Source of the DNA: Marsupella aquatica
Taxonomy: Eukaryota; Plantae; Marchantiophyta
Length of the DNA: 64,000 nt
Direction: 5' to 3'
Assembly (NCBI GenBank): GCA_973895155.1
Contig: OZ316895.1
Location: 22,580,558-22,644,557 of the forward strand
In this document: piece after piece, positions 1 through 13,500 of the stretch
Numbering within the stretch: the first letter of the stretch is position 1
Layout: each line of letters starts with the position of its first letter
Notes under the pieces: model-generated
Seen by the model: the letters and a program-made list of their open reading frames with translations, nothing else
Database searches by the model: none
What the model was told of the DNA's origin: nothing
Translations under genes and position numbers: made by a program

Positions 1-2498
1 TTTGGAGGTATATTTTTCCAATGGGGAGGTATATATCTTGGCCTGTATTGTCATGTGTGTGAAAAATTCCATCACATGACACAAGATTCTGGATATGTTT
101 GCGATTTTGAATTTAAGTATCTCAACACTTCACTTTGAAGAGGATAGCCATCAAAGAAAGGGGGAGGGGGGAACTGTAGGGGACTGAACCCAATATGGGC
201 TTTGTTAATTTTAGGGCCTCCAATGATGGGCTAAACTTTTGGGTTTAGTAATCATTCACCGCTAAACCGCAAGATGTTATGGAAAGCGCAATGCCCAACT
301 CTTCCTCTATTTTGGGTGTGGTCTATACTTTGTATGCTATTAAAGTTATCCATAATGTAAGGGGGCCAAAACTGGTCAGATTGCCAATGTCTGCTTTTTG
401 GTGTGTTTCTTTAAACTCTCGCAAAGTTGCCCTACAACACGTTAGTTTAGCAAATAAGCAGGTGAATTTAGGCAATGGAGTTCAGCAGTGAAGCACTGGT
501 GCTCAGCAGATCCCAGAGATGAAGCTCAGCAGCTTGCAGCAATGGAGCACATCACCTCTATGCAGCTTGTGAAAGTGCATTGGTGCTTAGCAGGTCGCAA
601 ATGAGCTCAGCAGCTGGCAGCAATGTCACCTTCTCTTTTTCCAACAACTCGCAGCAATGGCGCCCAGCAGCCCAGCAGTGAAGGCTCAGCAGCGCCATGA
701 TGGAGGGGGGTGGGGGATCTTGATAATGGAGCTTGATCAGTATCGCAGCAATGGAGGCTATGGGAAAGGTGATTCCTGGGATGGGAAACATTGGGCCTTT
801 GCAGCGATGGGTAGAAACATTGGACCTGGGCAATAATGCTCAGGCACAGGCTCCCCTCACCCTAACTCTATGTGAGAAGGGTGAGAAGTGTAAATCGTTG
901 TTGGGGGGACGCAAAATGGGTTTCACCCTATATTTCACCCTCAATTGCAATTAACTTTTACTCGCCCAGAACTTTTACACAGTAGCGGCCAGTCACCAGT
1001 GATCACGCACATAGGGAGAACTTTATTGCGTTCGATTTTTTAATAGAGTATGCTTCCCAGACCCCCCAAAAAGAAAAAGGTATGAAAAGGTCATCAGAAT
1101 TGATAAAGAAAAATACATTGGAGGGACTCAATACAGTACTCTGTTTGTTCTTGTACCGAGGTCAAAGAGGGGGATACCTACGGTTGGGTCTTGGGGACAA
1201 CGCCGTAGACTTGTTGGTCTTGTGGCAAGCCCATGATTCCATGAAGGGGTACTTGCCTACTGCCTACGGTTGAGTACAGAGGTAGACCTGCTATTCTTGT
1301 GGCAAGGTCGATCGATCATTGCCTAACAAAGCATGAGTGTGCAGTAGACATTCAGTACTGTGCTGTCCTGTAGCTGGAGAGAGAAGCTGGCGAGTGGCGA
1401 TGGAGATTGGTGGGCAGCGTGATCTCAATGAGGCAGGAAGGGGAGACGATGAAGTACTGTAAAGATGTAATGCTGTGATGGTGCGATGGTGATGTGAGGG
1501 AGATTGGCAGATTGCATTCCATTCCGGCATGCTGACGATAGTGGCGACTAGGTGTCGTGTTGTGCAATGATGAAGAAGTTGCCGAAAGGAGGGAAAAGGG
1601 AATAGCACAGTGGTCCAGTACTCTGGTGATCTTGACAATAATATTGACAGCAGCCTGATCCCCGAAGGAAGCGGGAAGGGGAACGATTCTGTAGGGGAGA
1701 GACGAGAGGAGCAGAGGATCTTGTCTGCGTCTAGTCTGAAATTCAGTCTAATCAGGTAGAGGTAGTGGGTTGGGGAGATGAACAGGAAATGTGTCTTTGA
1801 CTGTCTGGGAAGGTCTTTTGTCTTGCCTTGTAATGGAGCAGGCAGCAGAGAAAGGGGTAGCACGTCGTCTCTACAGGGTAAGAAAGACATAGATCATGAA
1901 GACGGGGGGACCAGGGAGTAACTGACAAGGCATCCGTGTCATTTTTGTCTAATGGGGAATTTCTGTCCCCTGTAGGTTCTTCCTCTTCCTTTGGCACCTG
2001 ATGTGGTTCAGTCAAGGAGGAAGCAAAGGGGAGAGAGACAGATGCAGGGACTTCACGGATTCAGGACTTCCTCTGCGGCGAAGTCTCTCTTTCTTTCTCT
2101 CTCCATTCTGGGAGCCTCTTCCAAGGTTTCATCTTGTTGACACGGGAACTTCTCAGCTTCGGCCTGTCTGTACGATTTCCCTAGCTTCTGCTGACTCTGG
2201 CTGAAGTCGGAGCTCTCTGCAAGCACTCCGGGGGTGTGTGGAATTCTGTACTCGTGGCTCGTGATTTTCTCTCTATCCTCCTGCAGCTTTGCTCCAGCTG
2301 GGCCTATTGTGTATATGCCTTCCGTACTCATGTTCCAGTACTGAAGTATAGGGAATTAGGGCCATAGTGACATGGAGGAGCGCGCTAAAGAACCTGCCAT
2401 GAACGTAATTGTGGAGGAGCATAGGAAAGGAGGTGGCGAAATGGCCCAGAGCTGATAAACGTGATTGCTCGGGTAAGATTGGCTTCCAGTGGGGCAGA

Positions 2499-5344
2499 AT
2501 GGCCGCTATGAAATTGGGGTCAAAGGCGGATGGATTCCAGCGCCGAGGACAAGCATGGTAATATTCATTCAAAGATAATACCAATGGGATCCTCCTCCAG
2601 ATAATGTTGCTGTCCGGTTGCCCGTGGATTTTATTCATTGATTTGTTGAATTTTTCTTCCAACATGTCAGGCATTGTGTGGATCCAAGGATGCCTCTCTT
2701 GTGGTCGCTGCCTCGGTTTTGTTTGTTTCGCTGATGGCTGTGTTATTCAATCTCCGGCATTCGGAAACTGCAGGTTCTGCACCAACGGACTCCTCAGTGA
2801 TATCGTTATTCTAGTCGGGGAAATGGAGTTCAATCTGCATAAGGTATCTGTCTGGTTCTGCCTCAAGGTGTGCTGTGATTGGCCAGCTCACCGCTTTCCT
2901 CCTCTAGTGACTTGTGGATTCTCTTATGCTCTGTCTGATCACCGGTCAAAAGAAGGTGTTTATAACCAATCAGTGGCAGCTGTGTGCCCATCACTTCCGT
3001 TCGTTCAGGTTCATTGGGCCTGGGTAGATGGCGTCGTCTGTTATGGATGTGAAGCTTTTACGTTCGCTTGAGAAGTTTCCCTTGTCTGATCGCTCTACAT
3101 TTCATGCAGTTCCCTCTCTTGTCGAAAAGCGGGAAATTTGCCAGGCTGATAGAAGAAAGTTCGGATGAGGAGACGGGGGCATGTAAAATACAGCTGGATG
3201 ACATACCTGGGGGAACAGAGGCTTTCGAACTCGTGGCCAAATTCTGTTATGGAGTCAAGGTGGAGTTGATATCTGCCAACGTCGCTGCTCTAAGGTGTGC
3301 TGCCGAATATCTGGAGATGACCGAGGAGTTCGGTGAGGGCAATCTCATAGCGAAGACAGAAATCTTCCTAAGTCAGGTGGTCCTTCGTAGCTGGAAGGAC
3401 TCAGTCCGTGCTCTTCAGAGCTGCGAGTATCTTGGCCCCGAGGCAGAAAACCTTGGAATCGTGAAAAGGTGTGTGGACTCTTTATCTGTGAGGGCATGCG
3501 CTGACCCAAGCCTCTTTGGATGGCCGATGATGGAGCATCAGGGCGCTCTACAAAGTCCGGGAGGTAGTGTGTTGTGGAACGGGATTAGCACAGGAGCTAG
3601 AGGGAGAAATGCTCGGACGGATTGGTGGTATGATGACATTGCTTCCCTGAGCCTCCCCATGTTTGAGAGGGTAATGTTGGCAATGGACCACAAGGGCATC
3701 AGACCCGAAAGCATTGCTGGTGCTCTCCAGCACTATGCAAAGAAAGTGCTTCCGGGGTTGCATAGGCGTCAAGGCGGCGGTGCTAAGGATACTGGAAGCC
3801 GAGCCATTGTGCCAGTGGGATACGCTTCGACGGAAAACGAACAGAGGCTTTTGCTATCAACGATCGAGGGTTTATTGCCGATGCAGAAGGGTGTAACATC
3901 TAGCCGCTTCTTATTCGGTTTGCTTCGTACAGCGATGATATTGAATGCGAGCTCAGAATGTAAGACCAATTTGGAGAGGCGAATTGGGATGCAGCTGGAG
4001 CAGGCAAGCTTGGATGACCTCCTTATGCCCAACTACTCCTACGCCGTCGAAACTTTGTACGACATAGAGTGCGTCCAGCGTATTTTGGACCATTACATAT
4101 TGTTGGATCAAACCCCCGGGGCATTGTCCCCGCCTCATTCAGTGGAGGATGATGACCAGTTAGAACCCACAATGACCCCCATGATGTTGGTGGCGAAACT
4201 TATGGATAGCTATCTAGCAGAAGTAGCTCCGGATGTTAATCTTAAGCCCACCAAATTCCAGGCCCTGGCAGAAGCACTTCCTGAGTACTCCCGTCTCTTA
4301 GACGACGGTCTATACAGGGCCATCGATATTTATCTCAAGGTAAGGCTTCCCCACAGTCCAGTCACTGTAGTTATTCGTTCCATTATCCATCCAATGATTT
4401 GCTTGACGTAGATTCAGTTTCATAAGGACTTCCATTCAATTATGCATCTCCATGCTTGGCCTATTGTAGAAGTGTGTCTGGGTCCAGAACTGTGGTTTTT
4501 GAGGATCTCCAATCATGGCCGTACGAGATCATGAGTGAACTGTCAACTGAGTACGCCGGATTTGTTGCAAAGCACTGGTTTGAGGTACTGCTTCGAGATT
4601 GTATGGACCCGAAACCCATTTCTGGCAATGCTAATAACCATTGGCATCTTGCTTCTACTCTGACGTGAATGAGTATATGTTACCCTGCAGAATCATCCAT
4701 GGCTTTCAGAACCGGAGCGAGAAAGGCTGTGTCGGATTATGGATTGCCAGAAGTTATCTTTGGAAGCTTGTACTCATGCTGCGTCGAACGAACGCTTGCC
4801 ATTGCGTGTAGTGGTTCAAGTCCTCTTCTTCGAGCAAGTTCAACTACGCACGGCCATCGCCAGCGCGTTCATGGTGACGGATACGGTGGATACATCGCGA
4901 CCTGTCCCTCGCACCGGTCCCCTCGATAGTACTGCAGCAGTGGGTGCTCATACAGCCTTACGGGGAGATGGGTGGGCCAATGTAATTCGAGAGAATCAAG
5001 TGTTGAAGGTGGATATGGATAAAATGAGGTCACGAGTCTCCGATCTGGAGAAGGAGTGTTCAGACATGCGGTCCGAAATGGGTAAACTGGGTAAACCAAA
5101 ATCTTCGTTTAGCACATTTGGATTGATGAGTAGGAAGCTCGGCTGTAAGTTAAAATCTGAAGTGAGCACGGCTACTACTGCCCCATTGGAAGGAATAGCG
5201 GAGAATCAACCTCTTGATAGGGACACGACAATTGATGACGATGAAGGTGAAGGCGACGGTGATGTGGATGATATAGTACCTGAGCCAGCACCTTTGAGAC
5301 AGCGCCGGAAGTCCAGGCATGGTCGGAGCGTGTCACATTCTTGA
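2499..5344 (+). CDS. BTB/POZ + NPH3 domain protein (NPH3/RPT2-like, NRL family; At1g30440-like), 4 coding exons, ~670 aa
   Basis: GT-AG exons 2499-2557, 2774-2843, 3110-4339 and 4691-5344 join in frame. Product starts [51 protein letters not shown] and contains the NRL motifs [49 protein letters not shown] and [33 protein letters not shown], followed by a coiled coil. Confidence 0.96.
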
Positions 5345-8300
5345 GGCGGAGGTTGGAGGGTGTACATTGCACATTTTTTTTGTTCCACAAACAAGTCAGG
5401 CACATTTCTGCGCCTGTGTTATTAAGCCTGGGACGCTGATCCGGGACTCAATTTTTTTCTTCAGGGAATAAGAGCGCAGTCGGAGGTTAGGACAGCATTA
5501 CAGCCGGGCAAAATTTGGTCTGGATCATGAATTATTCTTGCCTGGGAGAAGCTTGGTGAGCAAAGTAGGATCCTTGCACTATATGCCAGGAGTGCCAATG
5601 AGTAACGTTGCGTGCCTCGTGAATAAGCTCGTTGCACTCGAGATTCTTGAGCCTCTAGTGTCGAAAGTTTTGAATGTTCACAGTAATTGGGGAAACACAT
5701 TGTTGAAATTGCGAGGCCTTCGCATCTCTGCCAATCTTACGAAGCTGTTGAGCATGACCATTTACCACTGAGGGTATGTACAGAATGTCGAAGGTGTGTA
5801 AACGTGGTATTTTTTTCCCGGTGCCATGATTTTTTTCCCGGTGCCATGACTCGAAAGCTGGATTTGACATAGCACAGGCTACGACTTCCAGATCTCGCAT
5901 CTGTCTATGCATCTATCTTTCACATAACTTTCTCAGCGAGCTTTTGCAGTAAGTTGTGGGATTGGGATTGGGTTTGGCGTTTTGGTGTCTTGTTAAGGCC
6001 TTGTTGTAATTTGTCCATTGTTGTTTGTGCCTGTGCATGACATGGCATTTGCTAGTTTCGTTTTATCTTGTTCTTTCGTCTTCTCGTGCTTTACTCTTGA
6101 TTGATAGGCCATCCACGAACGTGACTCATATTTGGGGTTCTTTCGTCTTCTCGTTCTTGACGCTTGATTGGTAGGCCATCCAAGAATTTGACTCATATTT
6201 GGGAATGTTCCCTTTCCTCTACTGGTCAGTTTTCTAATCCCCACATTTCTACAGTAATGCTAATGCGTTGGATTCTCTTCGATTCATTCCTTTTAAATAT
6301 CTGTTCTTCATAACATTTGGTGAGTCTCTGGATATTGTTGGTGGTCTCTCAAGGTATTCTATTGGTTTGCCCCTAACATGCAACACAAGTAGTTTGATTG
6401 TCATGAGTACATTTGATGACAAGTGATGATTAGAAGCCTTATGACGAATTGGCTCCTCAAGTTGTGGTAATACCACTTAAGTTGAACCATTTGTTGGAAG
6501 TGCAGCAGAGGCTTTTTGCAGGATCCAGCTAAGGCTTTGCAAAGTTCCTGACAGAATACATATTTCAATAAAAGAATTGTCACCAACTAGGTCTCCGTCT
6601 GTGCTTACACCATCACTTATGGTACCGGGTGCCGTAGTTTTTGAGAATCGAGCCAAGACCCATTTTCTTGACCACTTTGATACTTTTGTTCATGTGGTTT
6701 TACTTCAGTTGGATTTTGCATCATTCATCTCTTCAGTAGTGTCGTCATTCTGTCACTTCTAAGCTTCCTTTGCTTGTCTAATGGCACTGGAGATGTACGG
6801 AACGCTCCTTGGCCGGTGTCCATCTACTTTCATCCTGGTTCATTTCATCAGCTTCCTTCTGTGCGTAGTTGGAGAGGGGTCCTTCCCGTCGGGAAATGTT
6901 TGAACAATTTCTCGACCCACCGTGGATGAAACTAGTCCCTTTGAGATACGCTTCCGTTACAGTGTGGCCTTCACTGCGGGGTGAATTCATTGACTGGGAG
7001 CGACGGCTCGTTGCCCATAATTGGGGCTGCTCAACGGAAGTCGTCCTTGTGGTCGAGCCGACATCAACCTTTACCCAACCCGGAAAACGCGTACACGACA
7101 CAATCATCTACGGTTAAAGTCGGTGCAGTATCAATGCAACCGAGCACGGGCACATCTGGTGAGCTATTGATTGGATTGAAAGGGCGTGTGCCGCTGTTTA
7201 CATTAATTCGAAACAGCGTTCCGGGGGTCATCAGCTTTTTGCCTTCCAAGGACGGAGAGCGGGACCTCTGGAGGTCTATTCCATACCGTATAACTAGACA
7301 TTGCTGTGATTGAAAACAGCTCACTCATTAAAACGCTTCTACTCATTTCGTACGACGATTGGACAGATTGGTAGTTCATGGATTTCCCGCTCGTTTTCCG
7401 TGGTCGACTTCAAGTTCTCCATTTGCATTGATAGTATTATGGGAGCTGAAAAGATTGAGCCAATTTCTTCGTGGCGACAGCTTCTTGTGGGACAGGTCCA
7501 CTCTCTCCATAATCTCTCCGAAAGGAATGCACCAAGGGAGCTGAGGACCCAGCTTTGATATGTTACAAATCCTATCAAGAACCATGTGCAATCTCTCCAA
7601 GTGTGATCCATTACTGGATATACTTCAACAAAATCCGACAAAAACCCAGCAGAATGATGAACCAGATTGGATCTACTTTGACACCATCTTGAGATCTTCA
7701 AATTAACGAGTGTTGATCTGTATGATCACCTCTACACCTGTACAGTTTGGGCAGTTTTTCTGGAGTGAGTTGCTGAAGTGGTGAATTGCTCCAGAAAGTT
7801 ACAACCTTCACACCAAAAAGGGAGTCACAATTTTTCTCTAATACTTTCTTCACGCAGGACCTTACTCGCTGCTGAGTTGGCTCCAATTTGCCAACTCAAA
7901 AAATCCCAGAACAGGGATGCAGTATGTTAAGCTCTTTCTTTGGGTGAGGTTAGGCAGGAATAATGGAGGGAGGACTGGATGGGGGTTTTTCCAATTTTTA
8001 TTTATTTTACAACTTTACACGCATACAGAGCTTTTTCTAATGGCAGTGAACAGGTTGATGCTATTGAACACTGTTGCCGTTATCAAGCAAACATCTTATT
8101 CAACTCGTTTTACAAGTTGCTTGAACTCCCTTAATTTAGTAAAATTTGAATCCATTCAAAACTGTATCATATTACATCTATCAGGCATGTTGGATAATGA
8201 TCGTAGAGAAAACAGAATGGAAGACCCACTGTAGACATATGCGAGAAAACCTGGACAGATAAGTTGTGGCAATTTACAAGCCCACGTATCACCGCCAAGT

Positions 8301-10009
8301 TAGACTCCAGAAAATCATTAGTATGTGCCCCTTGTATTATGTGGAGCCTACAAATATTTAAGCTCTTGGAGATTGGGTCTTGCATGCCCCTCAAGGTTCG
8401 GCGATGGCCCATGACAGGCAACCTAAGGGGGACTTTCCAAGAAGGAAGACCAACAATTGAGTGGTCAAATTTTGCTGTTAGATGTCATCACAAACATTTG
8501 TATTAAATGATCCATCCACTTTGACGTTACATGAAGTTGAGGAGTCACTTGTAATGGGACTTCTCTCAATTCTATATGGACTCAATCCTATATGGACTAG
8601 ATTGGGTCCCCAAAATACTTGTGTACATTATAATTTGGCCAAAATTTAGACCATTTATGGACGGGTGGTATTTGGAAAGGACCTCTGGGTCTACTTTTAT
8701 TTTGTCAGGACTAAATGTAATACCCTACCACTTGTTGGTCTGGAGATAGTCCGAATGGATTTGTGTGGGCCAGGTATTTTAAAACTCATGTGATCCCTAG
8801 TTTTTTGTCATCTGTTTTGTAAGGCTCCCTAATTGCTTTTTGTAAAGAGGGTGAAGGGGGCGAAATTTTTTAGAATAAGATTGTTCAATTTGTGATGATG
8901 GGAATCCAGTGGGAAGTCACGTGGAGAATAGTAAACACTAACTCTACTCAAGATCTCCATTGCTTTCACAATAAAATATGTCTATAGCAAAATGATAAGA
9001 CTGGACTTTTTTTCGGTTGTGGTTGGTAGACCTTGTTTGGTCCCAAGCTAGAGACTTATCTAGTAATAAGTGGGTCCGAAAGGCACTGCTTGCAGCAAAA
9101 GCACTCCATATACAGTAGTATGTAACAATAAATTTCCTAAAGTTGTCTCCTCAAACCGTTGTTTGGTGACGAGGAAGAGGTACAAAGGGAGTGGGGTCGA
9201 ATCCCAGTGTCAACACGCTGGTCCGTGGGCCCGAGTATTGAAGTTACACAGACCCCAGACTTCCCCAAATACATGTGAATTTCTTTATCCGTCGATATTC
9301 AAATCGACCGTCAAACATAATAAATTCCAGGTTTGCACCCTAATAATTCGAACCGGTAAATCAGTCGTTTCCCCAAAATAATTCAGTCAAGTCTCCGCGC
9401 GAACGTCCGTCACCTTCGGAAGATTCTACGAATATACCCTAATTCCACCAAGAAAATAAGCATTCCTTACCCAAGTTCTAAATTTACATCACCGTCGATC
9501 ATTAATCGAACGTGGGAGACGACGAGATGCCAAGAAGATACCGTCAGTCCGAAAATAAAGTATTTACTTTATTTACGACTTACGTAATTACGTGGTTGGT
9601 GGGCGCGACTGTCGGAGGCGTTCCGGTTGGCGGTGTTGTTGGGGCTGGCACGACCGGAACCCGGGTCGGAAATCGCAAACCGAGCCGGCCGGTGAGGAAA
9701 GACGGGGGGCCGCATTCTGTATGAGTCCACCGCTTTTCGGCTCTTCCGTTCCTGTTGTTTGCTCCTCTCGTCTTTCTCTTCGTAGAAGAGTCACTCACAT
9801 TCTTTCACCATTCTCTGAAGGTGTTGTTGTGTAGTGATGTGTTGTGTTGTGAAGGGGGAGCAATAGCCGACCGTCGTCGAGTCTGTGGATCGGTGGTTTG
9901 TTGAATTATTAGTACTTCCAAATTGGGAAGCTGAGGCGGACGGAGGAGAGAGATTTCTGGAGTCCACCGAATCGTGAGCTCTTCTTCTCGAACGAGCGGC
10001 GGAGTTCTG

Positions 10010-10126
10010 TGCTGTGTTGTGTTGTGTTGTGTTGTGTGTTGTGTTGTGTTGTGTTGTGTTGCGTTGTGTTGTGTTGTGTTGTGCTGAGCTGAAACTAGAG
10101 GAGAGGAGAGGAGAGGAGAGGGGAGG
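10010..10126 (+). repeat. (TGTGT)n followed by (GGAGA)n microsatellites in the probable 5' UTR of the pyruvate kinase gene
   Basis: Pentanucleotide runs visible directly, about 400-500 bp upstream of the ATG at 10535. Confidence 0.85.
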
Positions 10127-10534
10127 CTTCACACTGCACAGGGCAGGAAGGTATTGAGTTGGAAGTGAGCGTACTTTTGCGAGGATATAGGAGAGATTTG
10201 TGGAGTCTAATTGAACGGGAAGCTCTCTTTGAAGGAAAGGGGAGTGTGAGTTGCCAGCGGATCGGATCGCTTCGTTGAGGAGTGAAACGAAAGCGTTGCA
10301 GGATTATCAGAGACCAGTTCGAGGAGTGAGTACGAGGGGTGGACGGAGGAGACAGAGGAGGAACGAGGCGAGGCGGGGAACTTGAAAATAGGACTCCTGG
10401 ATTAGCGAAAGTGAGCGTTTGAAAGGACCACGAAGAGAGGGACGGAAGCACGGGCAAGGCGCTGTTGAAGGAGTAGGAGGGAAGACGAGGGACGGAGGAA
10501 GTGAGATTCGGACGGAAAAGAAAAGGCAGTCAAA

Positions 10535-13500
10535 ATGCAGGCATCGCAGTTGCTGCTGGAGGAGCCGATCCGGCTGGCCTCCATTCTGGAATCTTCAACT
10601 TCAGTAAGTTCGAATCGCACACACAATACTGAGGTAAATTAATCAGATTGCCCTAAACCGTGCTGCTGCTGCCATGGTGGATGACGCGTTCGAATCAAAA
10701 CGCTGTAGTGCTTCTGAGGACGCTCATGAAGTGCGCATCCCTCGCGGTTGTGCGATCGAACAAAGCCGAACAAGCATCCTCTGCTGGCTGGCGTTGCGCA
10801 CTGAGGCTGAATACGGCCTTCAGCTGTTGTTTGCCCTGTGCTGTGATTTTCCCTTTCTTATTTAGTAGTTTGCCGATTTCAATTAGATTCATGTTCTAAG
10901 CACTTTTCTTGATCTCCTCTCATAATGCGGCTGATTCCGGTATATTTGCAAGCGTTTACCTCCCCCTACTACGTGCTGAAACTTGAGTGCCGCGGGCATG
11001 TACACCTCTTCGCGCGCCCTTTTTCAGGGCTTCTTATCCAAATATGATCCACTTTCAATCTTAAGAATGGTCCTCTGTTTCGTCTGTCGTTCAATTGAAC
11101 TTCAAATTACATGGATACTCGAATCTGAATGCCGCCTATATTTTCCCCATATGCTCAGATCTAGGTCCTATCATTTCAGGCAATCAAGTCTATAATATAT
11201 CGGGTGACAGATTAGTCCGTAGGTACTTGTGAAATAGGTTATTCAGAATGTATACGTCAGCGAAATTTCACAAGTAAATAAGGTCTTTCAGCTGTGATGA
11301 ATGAATTATTGAATGAATGCCCTCGGAAGACTAGAGCGAGCCCAACAAGATCATTGAGTAATTGAATTGAAAGATTTGTAAGCTATGGTTGTACTGAACA
11401 AGCACAAACCTCGACCATATAAAATGGACCTATTTCGTGCAGGTGAATATCCTGGCTGGTAAAAGGATCAACATTGAGTTGCAAGTGCCTAAAGTGAAAA
11501 ACAAGAACGATGTACTACACCCGTATTTTCTGAACCCTAATTTGAAATGGACACGAAATGACGGACTTCTCCTAAGTACAATAGATTTCTTCCAGTCTAC
11601 GCCATTTTCCGGTAATGCATGGTCAAGGTTCTAGAGGGAAGATTATGCGTCCTTGTCAACCTCGACGGTTTCCTCTTGTCCTGATGTCGTTGTCATCAAC
11701 ATTGGAAACCGCGTAACAGTTTTGGACAGAAACTTAGATTCCTTATCACTTGGAGCGACAATGAATCGTTTTAGACCTATCCACTCTCCTGTGCTCCTGG
11801 TTATGTCTCCTAAAAACTGGTAGCTTGTTTCCTTGTTCAGATAAGTGTAACAATAACAAGAAGTCTTTGCACTTCTGGTCGTGCACCTAGTTTTAATATT
11901 TCCGTAATGAAAGCCTTTGAAGGAAATACTCGGAATGGCTGCAGAGGAAGATTGACGTTAAGCTTCTGATTGGATCAGCTCGGTCAAGTGATCCTCAAGA
12001 CAGAGTATTAAACCCTTACCTCTATCAGATGGTGACAAAAACCCCAGAAAGTCATGTACACCTAATTAACTAAGATGATAATTCCAGGGGAAAGAACCCT
12101 TGTCTGGTCTCTTAAAGACGTCGGGTTGATGAAGGTGAGTAAGGATCTTAAGTCGAAGATTGAAAGGTTCTATATCAAGCCGGATGTTGTTGGTGGATTG
12201 TGCATTTCCATCTAGCTATCAGCTCCGTAGAAACCCTAACTGAGGTTTGCTTATCTTACAGAACCCCTTCTCATCCATGACGAAGATCATCGGAACTCTG
12301 GGGCCTATGTCACGTGATGTCGAGACAATTTCGAAACTACTCAATGCTGGCATGTCAGGTATGATCAGTCCGTGACCATCTGTTGTTTGACTTGCTCTTA
12401 GGTTGGTTCTTACAACCAGAATACTGTAGTTTGATTTGATGTCGAATTTGTCTCGGAAGAAAGCGGCAATGGCAAAACATTTGGAAGTATCGGTAAATAT
12501 CTCGAAATTGGAATGAGAAGGAAAATCAGAGAGGTCCATGACCTTTAAATAGTTGTGATAGTATGCCATGCGAAGGCTGCTTATGAAGCATCTGCTGTGT
12601 ATTGCAGTGGCCAGGTTTGATTTTTCTTGGGGAGATGAAGCCTACCACCAACAGACTCTGGACAACTTGAAGGTAGCCGTGAAGAATACAAGAAAGCTTT
12701 GTGCGGTATGTTTCCTTTATTCCAGACTTGCAAGTTATTGGAAGTTCTTTCCCCTCATATCCATTCCGGGTACCATGGGTTAGAATTTGTTTATTGTCGT
12801 TGGCCTTTATACAGAGAAAAGATTGAGAGAACAATTTTATCACCTATCTAGACTCTTCCGTGGTCGAGGTCGTATTTTGTAGACTATCAATGCCAGGTAG
12901 AATGGTGCTAGGTTGAGAGTTTACAGTTTAGCTTGTTTGTTTTCATTCCATTCTGTACATGCATGATGATTATGGCGGAATGGCATTTTGGGACAGGTGA
13001 TGTTTGACACCGTGGGGCCTGAGTTGCAAATCATAAACAAAGGGGAGCGTCCGATTGTGCTTCGAGCAGATGAATTTGTGACACTGACGCCAGACATGTC
13101 TAAAGAACCTTCATCAGCATATTTACCAATCAATTGGCCAGAGCTTGCTGACGTGAGTTGAAGTATCCTATAGGATCTCTCGCAATGCATGGGGAAAAGT
13201 AGGCCTTCAGGTGTTCCAAGTGGAGGCATGAAATCTGTTGCAAAGTTTGTATAAGGAAAAAAGGTATCAAATGTTCGTTAATATTGTTTATCAAGAATGA
13301 ACGAAGTCAAGAGGAGCGTATCGTGGAGGCACCTGCCGAAGGTCTTGGCATTGGTGCTGACTTCAGTGATGTATTTTTGTGCAGGCTGTGAAACCCAAGG
13401 ATACGGTCTTTGTAGGACAGTATCTGTTTACTGGGAGTGAGTCTACCTCAGTCTGGCTTGAGGTCTGTCACCACTATGACTAACGTTACTACACTCATCC

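Noticed and set aside
470-830. GCTCAGCAG / GCAGCAATGG-rich segment with short ORFs
   Set aside because: Decayed internal duplication with stops in the plausible frames; no identifiable product or element ends.
1291-2674. Minus-strand ORFs of 199, 92 and 133 aa
   Set aside because: They are antisense to the purine-rich 5' UTR and first coding exon of the NRL gene and show no recognisable domain.
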